In this document: one piece after another, positions 9,206 through 19,020 of the stretch
Layout: every line of letters begins with the position of its first letter
How positions within the stretch are numbered: position 1 is the stretch's first letter
Source of the DNA: Escherichia phage vB_EcoS_AKFV33
Sequence record: NC_017969.1
DNA length: 64,000 bases
Direction: 5' to 3' (one strand)
Translations under genes and position numbers: made by a program
Notes under the pieces: model-generated
The model's database searches: none
What the model saw: the letters and a program-made list of their open reading frames with translations, nothing else
Told to the model about the DNA's origin: nothing

Positions 9206-9943
9206 GTGCAAATCCGACATTGCTCCACGGGTGTTACGTGCGGGCATGTATGTGCGAATCCGACAATTTTTGGTAGTGTGCAAATCCGACCCGAAAAATT
9301 TTTATAGTGTGCAAATCCGACAATGAATTTTCCCAAAAACTCCAGCAATCCGATGCTGCGCATCAATCCTGTGGAATTAGCTAGAATATGTGCAAATCCG
9401 ACATGGGTTTATTTGTGCGAAACCGACAAGATTTTTGTGACTTCGATTGGAGGGTGTGTGATTGTATGGGTTTGGGGAGAAGATAAGAGAGCGAGAGAAA
9501 TTTGGGAGGCTAGAAGGATGGGGCGCATGTTTGGTGCGGAGCACCTGATTTGCGGGGATTTTGGGGAAGAGTTGAGAAGATTTGGGTTAATTTGAGATAA
9601 GTGCAGAAAAAGTAAAATTTTATTAGCAAAATGGGGCAAAATAGCTTGACAAGTGAAAATTTCTGTGGCTCTAAAAACTCAGGCAATCATGGGCCTTCGG
9701 CCCGAAATAATGCTGCCATTTTCAGGAGATTATGTGTCCATGAAAACTTAGGCAATTGTGCAAATCCGACCAGTTTTTAAACTTATGTCAGTGTGCAAAT
9801 CCGACAGTAATTTCTGTAAATGTGTTTTCAAAAAATGTCTCCTAGAAATAACCGCCCTCCCAATAACCGCCCTGTATAGGAAAACCGGCCTAGGATATTT
9901 ATAGCAGGAGAGAAACTGCCCTATAATATGTGCAAATACGACA
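9206..9943 (+). repeat. array of nine direct 14-bp repeats GTGCAAATCCGACA (iteron-like)
   Basis: copies at about 9206, 9251, 9277, 9308, 9389, 9414, 9767, 9792, 9930, all in the same orientation, 0-2 mismatches. Confidence 0.6.
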
Positions 9944-10281
9944 GGATTTTCCTAGAAACTTAGGAGTCTACTAGAAAGTGTTGTGCCATCCTAGGAAGAG
10001 CGGTGGCAACAAGTGTATCATCTTGAATGTAAATTATGTGGTCAAAAGTTTTACCTTTAATTTAAGTATAAGATCCCCCAAAGATTGGAAGAGATGCTCC
10101 ACCCCTGGGATACGAATTGCGTGAGATGGTACAAAACTTCTTAAGATTTCCCTAGCCCTTCGACAAGCTACGGGGGAAATAGAAGTTTCCCATCCACTAT
10201 CCGTATCCGGGTGGATCTCTTTATTCTATGTTATTTCATAGAGTTATTATAACATGCAGAAATCATAACGTCAAGTAGAGT

Positions 10282-11172
10282 TTATTCATCGAACATGAGA
10301 TTTCCTTTCATCCCCATCTCCGCATACTCCATGAGTTCTTTGATGGATCTCACGGGGTAATCTACTTTACTAAAGTTATCATAGATCTTGCACGAACTCT
10401 CGTACAACTCGTTAGGTATCTGCAATTTGTTATCTGTTAGCTTCTCATAACGTGCAGAAGAATTTGTACCCTCAAATAGAACTGCGATAACTGCGGCGAT
10501 TTGTTTAGTAAGATCATCTGCTCCTAGAATTATTCTATTAATAGCAATCGTTACTTCATGCTTAGGTTTAGCAGGCGGAAGGATAGGTTTGAGATCCTTA
10601 GGTAAAGGTTCTGTTCCTAGGAATCCTTCTTTTGTGCGGAACCAATAATTATCTAGATCAGATATCGTCTTAGACTTATTCCAAATAGTAAAGCAGGGTT
10701 TATTTCCTTCACGATCTCTGTATTCACGAACTGGAAGGTAATGATCAGGGAATGAATTGAGTGCATCATGCATCGGTGAGCCTGTCTTTTTGAAGGACAA
10801 ACCATATAACTCATTATAATTCATAACTTCATCTTCGTAAACATGGAAATCTTTATATGCTGGAAGATTAAACCATTCCTGAAGTGAATGAACTGCAAAA
10901 CGTTGTGCCCAAGCATGCATCACTAGAACTCTGTATTCTTTTACTTCATCTTTTGGAGAAGTACCTTTAGCTGTTCTAGCTGAACGAATACAGAACATCT
11001 CAACAACACGTTTCTCATTTAAAGAGAGTTCAGAATAACAACGTTCATGGCAGCCTTCTAGCATTTCTAGAAGTTCACGTAGTTTCTCTACATCGACCGG
11101 TGGAAAAGGTCTTTCTTCAACTGCGAATTTACCAGTTACACCTTTTGGTTTTCTATTACTATAAAATCCCAT
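10282..11172 (-). CDS. hypothetical protein
   Basis: 296 aa ORF; translationally coupled (ATGA overlap) with upstream ORF. Confidence 0.55.
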   Translation of the reverse strand: MGFYSNRKPKGVTGKFAVEERPFPPVDVEKLRELLEMLEGCHERCYSELSLNEKRVVEMFCIRSARTAKGTSPKDEVKEYRVLVMHAWAQRFAVHSLQEWFNLPAYKDFHVYEDEVMNYNELYGLSFKKTGSPMHDALNSFPDHYLPVREYRDREGNKPCFTIWNKSKTISDLDNYWFRTKEGFLGTEPLPKDLKPILPPAKPKHEVTIAINRIILGADDLTKQIAAVIAVLFEGTNSSARYEKLTDNKLQIPNELYESSCKIYDNFSKVDYPVRSIKELMEYAEMGMKGNLMFDE

Positions 11173-11771
11173 TAATTACCTCTCTTATCTTCATTAATAG
11201 CAGCTCCCAACGCCTCCATAATAGCATCCTCTAAACTTCCATGTTTACTAGGATTATTAAAATGAATAGTACAAACAGAACTCCTAGAAACTCCAGCATC
11301 CACAGGTGCTACGCTTCGCATATCAGATTCAAAAGCTTCTTGAGTATGTTTCAACTGCACAGAAGGGCCGTAATCTTCACCAACTCGATAGGACTGATTA
11401 GATGACAGCGTACCACCACATGGAATATTGTGCAAATCCGATGATTTATTTAGCATTGCGATTGGTCCGGACGGCCATGAATCTCGAATAGTTACTGGAG
11501 CACTAGGACGGTTCACCTCAGTCTTCACGAGTTTATAACCAGCGTCTATTAGTGCATTAATCAGGTTATCAGCCGGGATGCGAGCCGTGCCAAAAATCTT
11601 ACGAGCATCTTCGAGCTTACTTTCAAGATCTTTACAGGCTTTAAGGTCGGTGTGTGCAAATGTTAGCTTCATAGATTTGAATTGTACAGTAGCAGTTAAA
11701 TCTTTAAAGCTATAATCCCATGTGTTCAGTTCATGGTCTGGTACTACTTGAATAGGTTGTTGTGTAAACAT
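11172..11771 (-). CDS. hypothetical protein
   Basis: 199 aa ORF; contains one copy of the GTGCAAATCCGA repeat within the coding sequence. Confidence 0.55.
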   Translation of the reverse strand: MFTQQPIQVVPDHELNTWDYSFKDLTATVQFKSMKLTFAHTDLKACKDLESKLEDARKIFGTARIPADNLINALIDAGYKLVKTEVNRPSAPVTIRDSWPSGPIAMLNKSSDLHNIPCGGTLSSNQSYRVGEDYGPSVQLKHTQEAFESDMRSVAPVDAGVSRSSVCTIHFNNPSKHGSLEDAIMEALGAAINEDKRGN

Positions 11772-11956
11772 TATTTATTCTCCAGTTTGTCTAACAGTTT
11801 ATGGGCTGCTAGATTATATTGTTTGAGTTCACGATTAAGGATTTGGTTCTCACACTTTAGCTCTAGATTCTTATTATTAAGAATGTTGCAGATTAGTAGA
11901 AGTGCTAGTATTAATAATAGAGAACCTACGAGCATTAAAAGAAAAAGAGTTTCCAT
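11771..11956 (-). CDS. small membrane protein
   Basis: 61 aa, single TM segment. Confidence 0.35.
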   Translation of the reverse strand: METLFLLMLVGSLLLILALLLICNILNNKNLELKCENQILNRELKQYNLAAHKLLDKLENK

Positions 11957-12189
11957 TATTTGATTCCCATGTAACGTTTGAGATATACGATGAAGTCTTC
12001 CGCTGTATGCTCTACGCTACCTTGAGCTACGAATAGCTTGAGAGCTTCACGTTGTAGTTTGATAGCAGCCAACTCACCACGCAATTTTATTAGATCTTCT
12101 GCTAGTTCTCTAGCTCTACGCATAATAGCAAAAGATATAAGTACTACGATGAATAACATAACTACTAAAATAATTGCTATGATTTCCAT
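11956..12189 (-). CDS. small membrane protein
   Basis: 77 aa, N-terminal TM segment then coiled coil. Confidence 0.4.
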   Translation of the reverse strand: MEIIAIILVVMLFIVVLISFAIMRRARELAEDLIKLRGELAAIKLQREALKLFVAQGSVEHTAEDFIVYLKRYMGIK

Positions 12190-12467
12190 ATTAACATCCA
12201 GCTTTTATCGCACATTTGGGCATATTCTATCAGTTCATTCATTGATGTATTGTTATCATAAATGCACTCTAGTATATACCTTCTGTCAAATTCGTCAACT
12301 AAATATTCTACGCTATTTATTACTACTTTATACAGATCTGGAACTAGAGGGCATGTATTTGATATTGGGCGACTGCTTAAGTCTATCTCATTATAGCCCC
12401 ATGTTGTTTTAAATAGTTTGTTACTAAGTGCTGCTAATGGATTTGACCATATAATATAGCTACTCAC
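12177..12467 (-). CDS. hypothetical protein
   Basis: 96 aa ORF. Confidence 0.4.
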   Translation of the reverse strand: MSSYIIWSNPLAALSNKLFKTTWGYNEIDLSSRPISNTCPLVPDLYKVVINSVEYLVDEFDRRYILECIYDNNTSMNELIEYAQMCDKSWMLIWKS

Positions 12468-12906
12468 TATTTATCTCCATTCTTAACTTTGAAAACTTAT
12501 TATACCAAACTATATGATTATCGTCAACTACAAATTTATGATAACATGCTGGTACGGTATAAGTTCCATAATCCGTGACACGCTGCACAACCTTGTGTGC
12601 GCACAGTCGACAACCATGCCCCTCTAAATGAGATCTAGCAGTTTGCCAGTAATAACCACCATGGTCCGGGCAGTAGATCTCGACTTGCTGTTGCATTGTT
12701 TTATAATTTACACGCTCATATCCAAAGAAAGCTCCATGAACTGTAACAGCTTTCTTGATAAATATAAGGTTTAGTGCTTCTTGCTGAAAATCGGGATGTA
12801 GCTGCTTAATCTTAGTTCTATTAATAGATCCATCTGATTTGATAAATCTATTTATTGGAAAGTTGTTAGCTTCCTCGATTAATAATTCATTTACTTTCTC
12901 TCTCAT
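12460..12906 (-). CDS. hypothetical protein with Cys/His-rich C-terminal region
   Basis: track ORF 12460-13008 trimmed to internal ATG abutting the upstream gene; CPDHG..HLEGHGCRLCAH motif. Confidence 0.45.
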   Translation of the reverse strand: MREKVNELLIEEANNFPINRFIKSDGSINRTKIKQLHPDFQQEALNLIFIKKAVTVHGAFFGYERVNYKTMQQQVEIYCPDHGGYYWQTARSHLEGHGCRLCAHKVVQRVTDYGTYTVPACYHKFVVDDNHIVWYNKFSKLRMEINSE

Positions 12907-12907
12907 A

Positions 12908-13132
12908 TTAGATATTCTCACAGCTAAGGTAAAAACATTCGTAAGCGTCTCCAGTAAACTCTTTATTTTGTAGTATACACTTAGCCTGGTCTTCTGGTAC
13001 TCCAGCATCTAATAATTGTTGTTTACTTGGCTTTTCAGCGAATACTTTTACAAAATACTCTCCATCCTGATTATACTCATTTATATCTCTAGTAAGGACA
13101 TATACTTGCATTTGAAGTTCCTTGAAACACAA
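12908..13132 (-). CDS. hypothetical protein
   Basis: 74 aa ORF. Confidence 0.4.
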   Translation of the reverse strand: MCFKELQMQVYVLTRDINEYNQDGEYFVKVFAEKPSKQQLLDAGVPEDQAKCILQNKEFTGDAYECFYLSCENI

Positions 13133-13165
13133 AAGGCCAGAACAATTAAGTCCTGGCCTCTAGAA

Positions 13166-13537
13166 TTAGTGGAGTTGTTTACCACTTCTTAAAATAGTGG
13201 CCGTTTCCATAAGATTTAACGTTGTATCACGCTTTTTGATTTGTTTGTCCAGCTCATCGGTACGTTTGCCAATGTAAGCGTTAATAGCCATATTCATAGC
13301 TGAGGCGAGATCTTCTTTGGTTATCTCTTCATTATCTAAAGCTAATTTAGCTAAAGAATCGAAAGTACTAGAAAGTCCTATAAGATCTGAGGTTTCACTG
13401 GCCAAAATAGGATTAATATTATCTACTGTTACTTCTAGCATAGAGTTAACAATATCTTCACCGTCTATTAGGCCAGATTCAATATTACTCTCCCATTCCT
13501 TCATCTGCTCCAGCAATGGATTTTTCTTTTCTGTCAT
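13166..13537 (-). CDS. hypothetical protein
   Basis: track ORF 13166-13603; start uncertain. Confidence 0.4.
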   Translation of the reverse strand: MTEKKNPLLEQMKEWESNIESGLIDGEDIVNSMLEVTVDNINPILASETSDLIGLSSTFDSLAKLALDNEEITKEDLASAMNMAINAYIGKRTDELDKQIKKRDTTLNLMETATILRSGKQLH

Positions 13538-13946
13538 GGTAAAGGTTTCCTGTGTCTGTTGGTAAGAAGGACGATTGAGCTTTAGGTGGATGTTGTTTAG
13601 CAATCCAGTTAAGAATTAGTACACGACTAGGAACAATATCAGTGTTGTACCAGAAATCATGAACCCATTGACGAGCATCCTCAAACTTACCAAATTTATA
13701 CGCTTTCTTAAACAACTCAAACCCAAAACAATCTGGTGTAAAGTCTACTTCACGATACTGAATTACTTTAGAACCAGTTAGGTCTTGGATCGCTGCATTA
13801 ATTTCTGTATGGGAGAATTTTGTTTCGTGAAACTTATTAAAGAATCGGTAGTTGAAGCGTCCGTTCGTTTCGACAAATAACTGGATAAAGAGATCGTTAA
13901 ATTGGTTATCAAACCAGTAATTCTGTAGTTGTTGTAGTGCTGTCAT
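13485..13946 (-). CDS. hypothetical protein
   Basis: 153 aa ORF. Confidence 0.45.
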   Translation of the reverse strand: MTALQQLQNYWFDNQFNDLFIQLFVETNGRFNYRFFNKFHETKFSHTEINAAIQDLTGSKVIQYREVDFTPDCFGFELFKKAYKFGKFEDARQWVHDFWYNTDIVPSRVLILNWIAKQHPPKAQSSFLPTDTGNLYHDRKEKSIAGADEGMGE

Positions 13947-14143
13947 TTACGAACTCCGTTAATTGCCACGATGATGCCTTCGTACATAAAAGGAAGTAGT
14001 TCAGAAGTGTAGAAGATATTCTCCGTTATTCCTAGATGTCGAAAAAGTATATTAAATAACGCTGTTAGAAATACAATCTGAGGCAGTAATACAAAATACT
14101 CAGTTACAATCTTTGGTGCCTGATAAACAAGACGTTTTATCAT
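13943..14143 (-). CDS. small membrane protein
   Basis: 66 aa, hydrophobic. Confidence 0.35.
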   Translation of the reverse strand: MIKRLVYQAPKIVTEYFVLLPQIVFLTALFNILFRHLGITENIFYTSELLPFMYEGIIVAINGVRK

Positions 14144-14242
14144 TGTTTTTAAGTCTCCTTATTACTTTGGCCTGCTCCACAATAATAAAAACTGCAAGCA
14201 CTAATAGTGCTATTAGCCCCGCAGTAATTGGTACTAAATCAA

Positions 14243-14569
14243 TCATGGGAGACGCCATACGTAATTAGCTGTCTGTAGAGTCTTAGCGGTATCATCATGG
14301 TACATTACTACAGACTTTGGTGAATAGCTATCAGCTAGTTCTTTACGAATCATTTCACACTCTTCACCAGTATCAATATTTTTAACTATCACTTTCATAT
14401 TAAGTGGTGTTAATACAGAAAGTGGTTTCCAAGAGTCCTCAATCTCAATTCCTACCTTTTTCTCGATTAACATGAGAACTTCTAACGTATCATCTGGAAT
14501 ACTAATGTTATTATTCACAAACTGTAATATCTCATGTAAGGTATTTAATTCATTAAAATTAAGCTTCAT
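14243..14569 (-). CDS. hypothetical protein
   Basis: 108 aa ORF. Confidence 0.45.
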   Translation of the reverse strand: MKLNFNELNTLHEILQFVNNNISIPDDTLEVLMLIEKKVGIEIEDSWKPLSVLTPLNMKVIVKNIDTGEECEMIRKELADSYSPKSVVMYHDDTAKTLQTANYVWRLP

Positions 14570-14804
14570 CTTTAATAATATCCTCTACCATATCACAAGA
14601 CTGTTGCAATTCATCAGCAATACGTTTAACATTGGTTTTTGTTACTTTACCGATTAGCATTACCAGTAACATAGAGAGGATAATAAAAGGTACTGGAATA
14701 ATAAACAAAGCTACCTTAACAACATTCTTTGGCGTCCATGTGTGGTACTTAGTAACTAGTACACCAACCACAATTAGATAAAACGCTAGAATAAACATCA
14801 TCAT
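14559..14804 (-). CDS. small membrane protein
   Basis: 81 aa, two TM segments. Confidence 0.4.
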   Translation of the reverse strand: MMMFILAFYLIVVGVLVTKYHTWTPKNVVKVALFIIPVPFIILSMLLVMLIGKVTKTNVKRIADELQQSCDMVEDIIKDEA

Positions 14805-15082
14805 TTTTTAATCTCCGTAATTATCTGTGCACGCATTACTTTATTAGGTAATTTTGTATTCCCAGCTATTGCTTCAATATTGTTTAGTTTTTCTTTTAGA
14901 ATATCTGAGCGTCTTTGTGCTAATTCAATATCTTGTTCTTGTTCTATTAAGCGGCAGTGAAGTCCACTATTAGTAATAAGCATACTCTCCATATTTTTTC
15001 GTATGCTTACAATACCAATAACCCCACCAATCGCTGCTAGTGTCATAAGCACTAGCAATCCAATGAGAATTTCAATTAACAT
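14801..15082 (-). CDS. small membrane protein
   Basis: 93 aa, N-terminal TM then coiled coil. Confidence 0.4.
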   Translation of the reverse strand: MLIEILIGLLVLMTLAAIGGVIGIVSIRKNMESMLITNSGLHCRLIEQEQDIELAQRRSDILKEKLNNIEAIAGNTKLPNKVMRAQIITEIKK

Positions 15083-15245
15083 TAAATACCCCTACATTTT
15101 TCGTTATTTGGAGTTACTTTGCAAATCTCTACGTTTAGCTCATGAAGAGACTTGTCTACTTCAGTTAAGCGTATGTTAAGAGAAACCATATTATATATTA
15201 GTATTCCTATAAGGAATGACAGTATTGAAATTGATACTCTTTCCA

Positions 15246-15515
15246 TTATTTCTTACCTTTCAGTTGCTTAACTTCACACTCAAAAGATGCTGCACGGCGT
15301 TCGGCAGTCGCCTGATGCTCTTTAGCAAAACGTGCTTCCTGTTTTGCAAGGTTGAATGCCATAGCATTCTTATTCAGAGAATCATACATCTTTTTCATTG
15401 CTGGAATAGACATCTTCATGAGCTGACCCTCAAAACCCTGCATGTCGAGGAGAATTGCCAGAACGTTAGCCATTTCATTTTTAGTCATGTTTTCCATTAG
15501 AATTTCCTCTCTCAT
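15246..15515 (-). CDS. hypothetical protein
   Basis: 89 aa ORF; early promoter motif upstream. Confidence 0.45.
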   Translation of the reverse strand: MREEILMENMTKNEMANVLAILLDMQGFEGQLMKMSIPAMKKMYDSLNKNAMAFNLAKQEARFAKEHQATAERRAASFECEVKQLKGKK

Positions 15516-15575
15516 TAATTTATGAACTTATTATACAGAATTTTAAGGCTTAAAGCAACTGAATTTTTTAATTAC

Positions 15576-16007
15576 TTACCAATCGTTAACAACGCCGGAG
15601 AACTCAGAAGCAAAAACTTTTTCAAATTTCTCTGCAATTTCAGGATGATCTTTGCAGATCAGCTCAATACAGGCTTCTGGAGTCATTCCTTCATCTTCAG
15701 GATCACCATAGTATTTATCCCAAAGATCATCAGGAATGATATGCTCCGCCAAATCTTGGAAAGAGATTAACTGATAACGTTCTGCCTCCTCAGCGATAAG
15801 AATTTCGCACAGATCTTTATCTATATCGCTACGATAATCCGCAATTAATAGGGCATTGCAAGCATGACATTCCCAGACCATCAAACGTTCAGAGATAGGA
15901 TTAGACTTATCTTGAACGTAAGACTGGAACAAGGTTCGGAAAGTTGCCTTAACTTGTTCAAACTTATCTGCTGCTGCGAAAACTAGAGCTTTATCAACTT
16001 TGTTCAT
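15576..16007 (-). CDS. hypothetical protein
   Basis: 143 aa ORF; early promoter motif upstream. Confidence 0.5.
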   Translation of the reverse strand: MNKVDKALVFAAADKFEQVKATFRTLFQSYVQDKSNPISERLMVWECHACNALLIADYRSDIDKDLCEILIAEEAERYQLISFQDLAEHIIPDDLWDKYYGDPEDEGMTPEACIELICKDHPEIAEKFEKVFASEFSGVVNDW

Positions 16008-16174
16008 TTTGATTCCTTCTCATCAATTTATAAAGTAATTATACAGAAACTTAAGCATTTTAGCAAATAAAACTTTTAATTAAAATGCCTAATCCCGTAC
16101 CAATAGCAATACAAAGGATTATAAGTATTGCTATCGCTTGTATGATTCGTTTAATAATAGCCCCAGCTATATAC

Positions 16175-16765
16175 TCAGACATTTATATCACCACGTAATA
16201 CAGCAGCTACATCTTCCCCTATTTGTAATACTTCGCCGGTAGTACAATTAACTACTCTGTCATAGCTAGTAAACTTACCAGACACAATATCCTCTAGTGG
16301 AACTGGAGTTTTACTCATTTCAAATGAGACATTAATATAACGTGGGTCACGTAAAGAAATAGTATGTACATGTCCGTGAATATTTAATTTGCCACGAAGT
16401 TCATTAGGATGTAAAGGGCAGTGAGATAGCCAAAACTTTTTGCCACCTCCAGTCTGTTTACCTAGAGCCTGAATATCATCATAAACTTCTGCTAAGTCCC
16501 TAATGCTCAGTCCTTGACGTTCCGCATCATGATTACCCATAATAAGTTGGTTAGGAACATTGTGGATAACCGACTTTAATTTGGCCAGACCTTCACGACC
16601 TACTGCAATATCCCCTAGCAAAATAAGTTTTGTTCTTTTACCAATATGCTTGGACAAAGTGTCTAGAATATACTCATCGTGCTCCTTCATGTTCTTAAAC
16701 CACGGACGGAAACGTAACGCTCCAGGGTGGTCTAAGTGCAAGTCTGACCAGAATTTAACTTTCAT
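16175..16765 (-). CDS. metallophosphoesterase (calcineurin-like)
   Basis: 196 aa; motifs DLHLDH, GDIAVG, GNHD, GHVH. Confidence 0.65.
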   Translation of the reverse strand: MKVKFWSDLHLDHPGALRFRPWFKNMKEHDEYILDTLSKHIGKRTKLILLGDIAVGREGLAKLKSVIHNVPNQLIMGNHDAERQGLSIRDLAEVYDDIQALGKQTGGGKKFWLSHCPLHPNELRGKLNIHGHVHTISLRDPRYINVSFEMSKTPVPLEDIVSGKFTSYDRVVNCTTGEVLQIGEDVAAVLRGDINV

Positions 16766-17054
16766 TACTCTTTTCCTTATTCTGTATTAAATTATCAGCC
16801 CAAGAGGTTAACACTTTGGTTTTAAACTCCTCTAGAGTCTCTCCTTCCTTAAGATCTACCTCATTAAGGTAGGTAGTAAGCCTTGTTTCTATCTCTATTT
16901 CAGCAGGAGAATTAAAACAAAAATTGACTGCTATTCCAGAATATATTACTCCGGTATCTCCTTTGACGAAAGCATTAACTAATGCCCTCCAACGAAGGGC
17001 ATCAATATGCATGGATTGTAATTCTTCTCGTACCTCTTTCATTCTATCATTCAT
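16755..17054 (-). CDS. hypothetical protein
   Basis: 99 aa ORF. Confidence 0.45.
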   Translation of the reverse strand: MNDRMKEVREELQSMHIDALRWRALVNAFVKGDTGVIYSGIAVNFCFNSPAEIEIETRLTTYLNEVDLKEGETLEEFKTKVLTSWADNLIQNKEKSNES

Positions 17055-17929
17055 TAAAGAATCCTCTGTACACCGCAGCTATTATTTTTGTCTGTAGTAA
17101 ATGTGGTGATTTTGCCAGTTTCATCGTTAACTTGCGCAACCGTCAGCTGCCCGTTGAAAACACCACCAGTATCAAGATAAACACGGTTTTTATAGAGTAT
17201 TGGGTAAGGAACCCCAGTGTGTCCGTGGAACACAAAATTTACCCCTTTAACTTCGGGCACTTCTACCATGTATTTTTCTTTAAATCCTGCATAACGCTGA
17301 AAATACGGATGTTCCTCACCGTTTTTGGACAAGTAGAAGCCTATTTCTTGGATTACATCTCGATCCCATAAATATGGTTCAATATGGTACCCAGGATGGT
17401 CATGTGGGTCTTCCTTAGCTGCTTCTACTTGTGCAATAAGATTATCCCATACTGGGGTTTCTACCTCATTACCGCATTCTTTGTATGTAAAAGGTACACC
17501 ACCGTGAACAACACCATACTTCTTACCACGATGTCTAACAGTTAGGAATACTGGCATTTTTTCAGCCATATCTTCGGCGATATTTTTAATGGTGTCTGCA
17601 TCCAGCTCTTCCATAGCCCATATACCACCGTTATACATCCAATTAGCCCAATCTCCTGCAATCATAAATTGGTCGTGATTACCACGGACACTGATAAAAT
17701 GTGGATTATACAGGAATTTGGCTAAAACTTGTAGGTTTTGTGTGCCTCGGTCAATTAAGTCACCAACACATACTAAGCAATCTTTCTTGCTATTATACCC
17801 AGCTAATTTCAACGCATCTTCCAGCAAATCATTGCATCCATGAATATCACCGACGAAAAACAAGTCGGCGTCATCCGGCACTACTAGAGTTTTATGTACA
17901 TTAAATTCTTTTTTCATAATTATTCCCAA
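17054..17929 (-). CDS. serine/threonine protein phosphatase (PPP family)
   Basis: 291 aa; motifs GDIHG, GDLIDRG, GNHD. Confidence 0.75.
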   Translation of the reverse strand: MGIIMKKEFNVHKTLVVPDDADLFFVGDIHGCNDLLEDALKLAGYNSKKDCLVCVGDLIDRGTQNLQVLAKFLYNPHFISVRGNHDQFMIAGDWANWMYNGGIWAMEELDADTIKNIAEDMAEKMPVFLTVRHRGKKYGVVHGGVPFTYKECGNEVETPVWDNLIAQVEAAKEDPHDHPGYHIEPYLWDRDVIQEIGFYLSKNGEEHPYFQRYAGFKEKYMVEVPEVKGVNFVFHGHTGVPYPILYKNRVYLDTGGVFNGQLTVAQVNDETGKITTFTTDKNNSCGVQRIL

Positions 17930-18165
17930 ATAACAGTTAAAATAGTTGTGCCATACTCATTAGATAGTTGGAGAGTATAACCCTCTTTATAGATGGCTTT
18001 TATAGCTTCATAACTAATTTCATCACGATTAAACTGTACAAAAGAACCTCCAATCTCCACAGAAGAAACTATTCTCTTTTTAACATACTTATACGTTTTC
18101 TTCTTGCTCTTAAGGAGTGCAGCTCTATTTATCCTGGCTAAACGTTTTGCTTGTTCCGCTAACAT
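17920..18165 (-). CDS. hypothetical protein
   Basis: 81 aa ORF. Confidence 0.4.
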   Translation of the reverse strand: MLAEQAKRLARINRAALLKSKKKTYKYVKKRIVSSVEIGGSFVQFNRDEISYEAIKAIYKEGYTLQLSNEYGTTILTVIWE

Positions 18166-18169
18166 TTAA

Positions 18170-18550
18170 TTATCTCCAGTGGTTAGTATGCTTCTCAGCT
18201 TCCTCATCGTTAGGCTCAAAGACAACATGGCAGTCAACTGCTTCCCAAAAAGCCTCACGGATTAAAGAGTTTTTAGCTGAAATGTCTAATTCTCCCCACT
18301 CTTCTAAAGTCTCTAGGTCTGTATCAACTTCGGTATCACAGCCAACCAGCCCCAAAGAAACAACAATAGTAACGCGATCTTCACGTTGTTCGGGATAAAC
18401 ATCAGCATATTCCCAAGCAGCTTCTTCAACATAATATTGTTGTTCCTTTTCTGGAAGTGACTTATACTTTTCTTCTGTAATACCCATCTCAACGGCGCGA
18501 GTACCACAAACTACATTGTTATTAATAATTAGATATGCATAGTTCATCAT
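18170..18550 (-). CDS. hypothetical acidic protein
   Basis: 126 aa ORF. Confidence 0.45.
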   Translation of the reverse strand: MMNYAYLIINNNVVCGTRAVEMGITEEKYKSLPEKEQQYYVEEAAWEYADVYPEQREDRVTIVVSLGLVGCDTEVDTDLETLEEWGELDISAKNSLIREAFWEAVDCHVVFEPNDEEAEKHTNHWR

Positions 18551-18690
18551 AATACTCCTACTTCTTGAGTGGCAAAGATGGCCATTAATATGACTAAAAT
18601 CCCTACAAAGATAGGAGATGTAAGCATATTAATGGCTCTTCTCTCAAATTTATATAACTATTATACCAAAATTTTTAGCAAAAAGCAAGT

Positions 18691-18721
18691 AAAATAAAAG
18701 CCTGATCAGCTAAGATCAGGC
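18691..18721 (-). terminator. rho-independent terminator candidate
   Basis: hairpin GCCTGATC/GATCAGGC followed by a U-run on minus strand. Confidence 0.45.
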
Positions 18722-18729
18722 TTTGTTTA

Positions 18730-19020
18730 TTAGTCCTCTGGGTTATCATCCAGGAAATTTTTAATAGCTTCGTGCATAGTTTCTTTACGAAGCTGACGTC
18801 CAATCAGAATATGATTAGCTTCTACTCGACCATTAGGTAAGCGATCTGCCAGAACTACTACAGGAACTTGGCGCACACCAAATTTCTGCATTAATTCTGT
18901 ATTATCAGTCTCTTTGTGGACTTCCAAATTATAGTCATTGACTACTTTATCAAATACTGGCTCAAACATTTTGCAAGGGTTGCAGGTGGAACCTTTCAAT
19001 AGATATACTAATTTACTCAT
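18730..19020 (-). CDS. thioredoxin/glutaredoxin-like protein
   Basis: 96 aa; CxxC motif (CNPC) in thioredoxin-fold context. Confidence 0.6.
   Translation of the reverse strand: MSKLVYLLKGSTCNPCKMFEPVFDKVVNDYNLEVHKETDNTELMQKFGVRQVPVVVLADRLPNGRVEANHILIGRQLRKETMHEAIKNFLDDNPED

Noticed and set aside
9206-9943. Possible CRISPR array suggested by repeated 14-bp motif
   Set aside because: Repeats are too short (14 bp), irregularly spaced (about 10 to 340 bp apart) and no cas genes are present; better described as iteron-like direct repeats.
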